Below are positions 59,713-64,000 of a stretch of 64,000 nt of DNA, piece by piece. Each line of letters opens with the position of its first letter. Position 1 is the first letter of the stretch. The notes under the pieces were generated by a model. That model was not told the DNA's origin. It saw nothing but the letters and a program-made list of their open reading frames with translations, and did not search any database. Source of the stretch: an uncultured archaeon (GTDB taxonomy: Archaea; Asgardarchaeota; Thorarchaeia; Thorarchaeales; Thorarchaeaceae); assembly GCA_964458565.1 (NCBI GenBank), contig CAYWJO010000002.1, positions 32,001 to 96,000 on the forward strand, given 5' to 3'. The translations under genes and the position numbers were made by a program.

Positions 59713-61548
59713 TTATCTAATTCCATATCTCTTCGATACTTTGATTCCACTTCTTGGAACTCTATTAGAGATTAACCGGTGTAAGAGATCCCACTTATCC
59801 AGTAGGTCTTCTTCGCGTTCTTGGAGCGTAAGTAGTGCAGCTGTGAAATTTCCGCGCTCCATAGACTTCAATACAGATAAGACGCCAGCAATACTATCAT
59901 CTTGCAATGTCTTCGATAGTGTGTCTAGTTTCTCGAGAAGGTTCTTGATTGTTTCTTTGTCATTTGGATTACGTTCAAAGAGTGTAACAAATACCATATA
60001 ATAATCCTCGAAGGCATCCTTCAATTCCTTGATATCTTCGAATCCTTTAGCTGACTTTCGCAATAACGCGATTCCTAAATCAACAAGCTCGTCTTGTTTG
60101 GTTATTAATACCTCTAGACCTGCAGTTCTAGTCCAGATGGTTGCAAGTTCTTTAACACCAAGATTAATGTAGAATTTAGCAGCTTTTATTGCCATTTCAC
60201 TCGAAATCCGGTGATACTCGATATACATGTCCTCTTCACCAAGAAGCATTCTTCCCTCAGCAGCTTTACTATAGAATTTTGATGCATCCTCAAATTGTTC
60301 GGCTTCTGTACTCTCTTTAGCAAGCTCTACATAGAGTTCCACAGCTCTCTCAAGAAGATTTTTTGCTTCTTTTATGCGCTCCACTTCGTTCAACACTTCA
60401 GCTGCTTCCTCTAGAGAAACTGCCTGCGCCTCTTTATCATCTTGACCTGCTTCCTCTTCAGCTCTTTCAATGTAATAGTTGATAACAGAATCAATCAGTG
60501 TATCGGCTTTTTCTGTGTCTCCCCATTTCCTTAGACACATGGCTTGGTATCTCAGATACTTCTTCTCACTTTCTACATCTCTCTCTTCAGAGGCTTTATT
60601 TTTCAGCTCCGCAAAGAGTCCACTTCCTTTTTTGAATGCCCATTTCGCCTTCATCGGTCGACCAATTTCAGTAAACATCTCTCCAGATTTGACCAAGAGT
60701 GGTGCAACGATTTCTGCGCTTCCTTCCATCTTCAGATATGCTTCTGCGGCTTTACTCATAGCTTGACGAGTTGAAGAAGTGAGTCGTTGAAGTTTAAACG
60801 CTTCATGTGCGGCATCGTAGATATTTCCCGCCTTCTCAAACAGTCCAGCTGCCTCGTATCTCTCTCCAGCTTCCATCATGATACGCGTTCCTTCTGGACT
60901 ATCTCCCACCATCTGGTATATCTGTGCTGCTTCTGCAAGAGCATTTCCTGATTCAAGCAGGTTATTGTTCTCTTTTTCAAGTTCTGCCCATTTCAAGGCA
61001 ACTTTAGATGCTCTATCATAGATACGTTTACCAAGTTCGTCATCTCCTGCTGTATAATAGAGTCTTCCTACTTTTTTCAATAGACTGACTACTGCAGGAT
61101 AATCTTGATCTAATTCTTGAGCGTCAGCCAGATTCTCTAACGCATCTGCGGCTAGAATTGTGATATTACTCCTTTCATTTTCACTTGAAACAAAGTCTGC
61201 GGCTCTGAAATAGAAATCTGCGGCTTTCTTATATTCCGTAGCTTCTTCGGCTACTTTGGCTGCTGTGAGATTAATACTCATAATTTCTTTGTGAATCTCT
61301 GGTGTTCCAGGCATTCTAACTAGCATCAGTGTTGCTTGCTCAGTTGCAATAAAACATTCATCGGCCATGTATAATTCACGATACACGTCACCTATCTCTT
61401 TGTAGAGTACATATGCTTCTTGATAATTACCCTCTTCAGCATAACCTTCTGCTTCTTTCATCAACTGATTTAGGATTTCATTTCTTTCCTTTTTATCCTC
61501 TATATTCCTAGCTTTTTCCAGTTTTTCTTTTAGATTTGTCAAGTACAA
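59713..61548 (-). CDS. Alpha-SNAP/TPR-like helical repeat protein
   Basis: Recurrent A..Y/F..AA helices (KAADFYFRAA, EAGERYEAAG, KAAEAYLK, DASKFYSKAA). Confidence 0.7.
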   Translation of the reverse strand: MYLTNLKEKLEKARNIEDKKERNEILNQLMKEAEGYAEEGNYQEAYVLYKEIGDVYRELYMADECFIATEQATLMLVRMPGTPEIHKEIMSINLTAAKVAEEATEYKKAADFYFRAADFVSSENERSNITILAADALENLADAQELDQDYPAVVSLLKKVGRLYYTAGDDELGKRIYDRASKVALKWAELEKENNNLLESGNALAEAAQIYQMVGDSPEGTRIMMEAGERYEAAGLFEKAGNIYDAAHEAFKLQRLTSSTRQAMSKAAEAYLKMEGSAEIVAPLLVKSGEMFTEIGRPMKAKWAFKKGSGLFAELKNKASEERDVESEKKYLRYQAMCLRKWGDTEKADTLIDSVINYYIERAEEEAGQDDKEAQAVSLEEAAEVLNEVERIKEAKNLLERAVELYVELAKESTEAEQFEDASKFYSKAAEGRMLLGEEDMYIEYHRISSEMAIKAAKFYINLGVKELATIWTRTAGLEVLITKQDELVDLGIALLRKSAKGFEDIKELKDAFEDYYMVFVTLFERNPNDKETIKNLLEKLDTLSKTLQDDSIAGVLSVLKSMERGNFTAALLTLQEREEDLLDKWDLLHRLISNRVPRSGIKVSKRYGIR

Positions 61549-61692
61549 TTTCCTCAGAGGAGATTATGATTATACACTAGTGAATTGTTAACATTCAAAT
61601 ATTAGTTGCTATAGTACAGATTTCCTTCACTATTTCCCCTCAATAAAACTCAAATATGTACAAAGCAACAGTGACTTGGTAGTGTATACCCA

Positions 61693-62793
61693 GTGAGCCC
61701 AAAAATAAGAATCGGTTTGATTGGGACCGGGAACATCGGGAGAGTCCATTTAACTAGTTTTCTTGCATTAAGAGCGGCTGGACTCCTTGATATCGAGATA
61801 GCAGCTCTTTGTGATGTAAATCCCGAATCCCTGAATTCTGTAGCAGAAGAGTATAATCCTAATGCCATTTATACGGATTTTCTTGATCTCATTAATGATG
61901 AGAATGTGGATGTAGTTTACATCTGCACTCCTACGAACCTTCATTCCGATATGGTAAAAGCCGCAGCTGAAGTCGGAAAACCAATAATGTGTGAAAAACC
62001 ATTGGCACACAGTTGTCCACAAGCTAGAGAACTTGTGGCAGTGACTCAGAGCGCAGAAGTGAATACAAGTGTTGGTCTGGTGCTTCGTTACGACCAATTT
62101 CTTCTACACGCGAAAAAATTGATTGAGGAAAATGACTTTGGACGTCCCATGCTAGCCCATATTCGTGATGACCAGCATTTTCCTATTGATTATATCTACA
62201 ATAGCAAATGGCGAAGTGAGCTGTCTATAGCGGGTGGTGGTACTCTTATTGAACATAGTATTCATGATATCGATCTTCTCCGTTGGTTCTTTGGAGATAT
62301 CGAGGATGTTTATGCTAAAATTAGTAACTTTTCTGGGAATGAAGTAGAAGACCACGCATCTCTCATCATGACTCATAGAGGCGGTGCAGTGAGTACCCTT
62401 GATTCTATCTGGCATTGGGTGGAACGTCCGAGTGAGCGTAGAATCGAGTTTTTCTTTGAGAAAGGGTATATTGGAATAAAATTAGAGTCATCCAATCGGT
62501 ATCTTATCTATCATCTACAGGGTGAAAGTCCTGTTAGCGTCGATGGCGAAACTGCCAATATTGCACTTCTAGAGAAACTTGGACTCCACGCACACAATCT
62601 GAATCGAAAAGCCTACGAGGCATTAACCTCTAATGGCGGCGAAAGATACGCTGCAATGAGTTACGACTTTCTAAACTCAATCATGAAAGGTGAGTCGTTA
62701 TCTCCAAGTTTTATGGACGCAGTAAACGCACACAAAATAGTCGATGCGGCTTATACCTCTGCCAATGAAGATCGACCATTCAGTCCGCTTTGA
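61693..62793 (+). CDS. Gfo/Idh/MocA oxidoreductase
   Basis: GTGNIG, CEKP, GGG...H.IHDID. Confidence 0.93.
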   Translation: MSPKIRIGLIGTGNIGRVHLTSFLALRAAGLLDIEIAALCDVNPESLNSVAEEYNPNAIYTDFLDLINDENVDVVYICTPTNLHSDMVKAAAEVGKPIMCEKPLAHSCPQARELVAVTQSAEVNTSVGLVLRYDQFLLHAKKLIEENDFGRPMLAHIRDDQHFPIDYIYNSKWRSELSIAGGGTLIEHSIHDIDLLRWFFGDIEDVYAKISNFSGNEVEDHASLIMTHRGGAVSTLDSIWHWVERPSERRIEFFFEKGYIGIKLESSNRYLIYHLQGESPVSVDGETANIALLEKLGLHAHNLNRKAYEALTSNGGERYAAMSYDFLNSIMKGESLSPSFMDAVNAHKIVDAAYTSANEDRPFSPL

Positions 62794-62797
62794 AGTA

Positions 62798-62929
62798 TCA
62801 AGGGAACCCTCCTGGATATGGTCCCATAAGGAAAAGAGGGCCTCCCATAAGCATCGCTATGATTAAAATAATCACAATGATTATGATAATTCGCCTTCGA
62901 TTACTGGTTCTCTCAAAGAATGGGACCAT
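62798..62929 (-). CDS. 43-aa single-TM microprotein
   Basis: Hand translation MVPFFERTSNRRRIIIIIVIILIIAMLMGGPLFLMGPYPGGFP; GAGTGA upstream. Confidence 0.55.
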   Translation of the reverse strand: MVPFFERTSNRRRIIIIIVIILIIAMLMGGPLFLMGPYPGGFP

Positions 62930-63003
62930 GCTTCATTCACTCTGTTTTGTATGTTTGAACATCCTTAAGTAGAATTTCCCGCTCTCAATTATTCAGAGGT
63001 ACA

Positions 63004-64000
63004 ATGCAGGAAATTCCGCTCGAGAAAATTACTCCATCCAACTATGATGTGATTATTGCAGGTGCCGGAGCTGGAGGATTACTCACAGCGCTAGCACTCA
63101 CAGGACAGGGAAAAAGAGTCTTAATACTCGAAAAAACCAGGCGTCTTGGAGGAGTATGGTTTGGATACAATGTTGATGGTTTCAGAGTGGATAATGGTAT
63201 CCATGTCATAACAAGAGTAAAACATGGTGCATTTGCGAGATTCATGAGAACCCACCTAGATCCCCCTCCTGAGTTCATCCTCCATGAAGGGTGGTATTTT
63301 CGTGTTCATGATAGGGTTGGAACTATACCTTCTACTGTGGGCGAAACGCTTCGTTGGCCTCTCACAGGGCTCAAAGGTCGATTAGGTCTCGCTCGAATTG
63401 GCGCAAAAATAAAGACCATGAAACTTGAAGAGATGGAACAGTACAAGGATATCTCATTTCAGGAATTCATGGAATCAAAAGGAGCAACAAATCAGGTAAT
63501 GCTAGATGTGATGCAGAGTGCAATCTTCATGGCAGCTGGTGTGCCCATAGACCAAGCCTCCGCTTATGAATCACTCCGCACTCTAAAAGATACCGATAAA
63601 GAGTCCACAAAACTTGGCTCCGCGAAACGTCTAATCTTGGGTGGGTCTGAGTATGACGAGGGTTACGTTATAGGTGGAATGAAGGGGCTCGTTGAAAGCG
63701 TTATTGAAGCCATCAATGGCGATTATGTGCTGAATGCAAATGTAGAGGTGATAACTGAAGAAGAGGGTAAAGTCACAGGTCTTACTGTAAATGGTGTGAA
63801 GATTGAACACACCACATTTGTGAGTAATATTCCCTTATGGTCGATGCCTGCCATCATAAAGTCTGAGAATCCGGAGGTCACATCATTCTTCAAAGAATGG
63901 GATCACATGATAGTGACCAAAGGATTGACTGTTTGGCTCTGTCTAGATGAGATTGTCATTGGAGACCGACAATCTCGGGTATTAGTTCGTCCGAATCCAA
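63004..64000 (+). CDS. FAD-dependent oxidoreductase (phytoene-desaturase-like), 3'-partial
   Basis: Not in the ORF track; YDVIIAGAGAGGL..A..G..VLILEK..LGG, GFRVDNGIH. Confidence 0.85.
   Translation, partial: MQEIPLEKITPSNYDVIIAGAGAGGLLTALALTGQGKRVLILEKTRRLGGVWFGYNVDGFRVDNGIHVITRVKHGAFARFMRTHLDPPPEFILHEGWYFRVHDRVGTIPSTVGETLRWPLTGLKGRLGLARIGAKIKTMKLEEMEQYKDISFQEFMESKGATNQVMLDVMQSAIFMAAGVPIDQASAYESLRTLKDTDKESTKLGSAKRLILGGSEYDEGYVIGGMKGLVESVIEAINGDYVLNANVEVITEEEGKVTGLTVNGVKIEHTTFVSNIPLWSMPAIIKSENPEVTSFFKEWDHMIVTKGLTVWLCLDEIVIGDRQSRVLVRPNP

Noticed and set aside
1-64000. Many 60-150 aa ORFs nested in or antisense to well-supported genes
   Set aside because: No motifs; explained as alternative-frame noise.
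1-64000. CRISPR array, rRNA, integrase/transposase, prophage
   Set aside because: No regularly spaced repeats, rRNA-like tract or such proteins were seen.
1-64000. Selenocysteine (TGA) read-through
   Set aside because: I saw no gene that appears interrupted at a TGA in a Cys-like position; this was not checked exhaustively.

Overview
Gene-dense archaeal chromosome segment from an Asgard archaeon. The evidence is archaeal information genes (PolB1, TFB, aIF5A, Nob1, DGGGP synthase) plus several eukaryotic-signature proteins. Thorarchaeia is my guess and is not proven from sequence. The centrepiece is a five-gene ESCRT locus (13.8-18.8 kb): Vps25, Vps4, a Vps2/24/46-type ESCRT-III, and two proteins with apparently reshuffled ESCRT-I/II architecture. 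One is a Vps28-N-terminal-like region fused to Vps22/36 winged helices. The other is a FYVE/B-box-like Zn finger + coiled coil + GRAM/PH-like + steadiness-box-like protein. Other notable items: a tRNA-Leu(CAG) with a 32-nt intron in the T-arm (53/54), tRNA-His with encoded G-1, IFT52/GIFT-like, longin-like, Yip1 and alpha-SNAP-like proteins, a NikR-NikMNQO module with a direct-repeat operator, a subtilase whose signal peptide is cut off by an in-frame TAG, an opine-dehydrogenase homologue lacking its catalytic dyad, and three structured intergenic elements. No CRISPR array, rRNA, integrase or transposase was seen. All domain calls are by eye from remembered family motifs; no searches were run.
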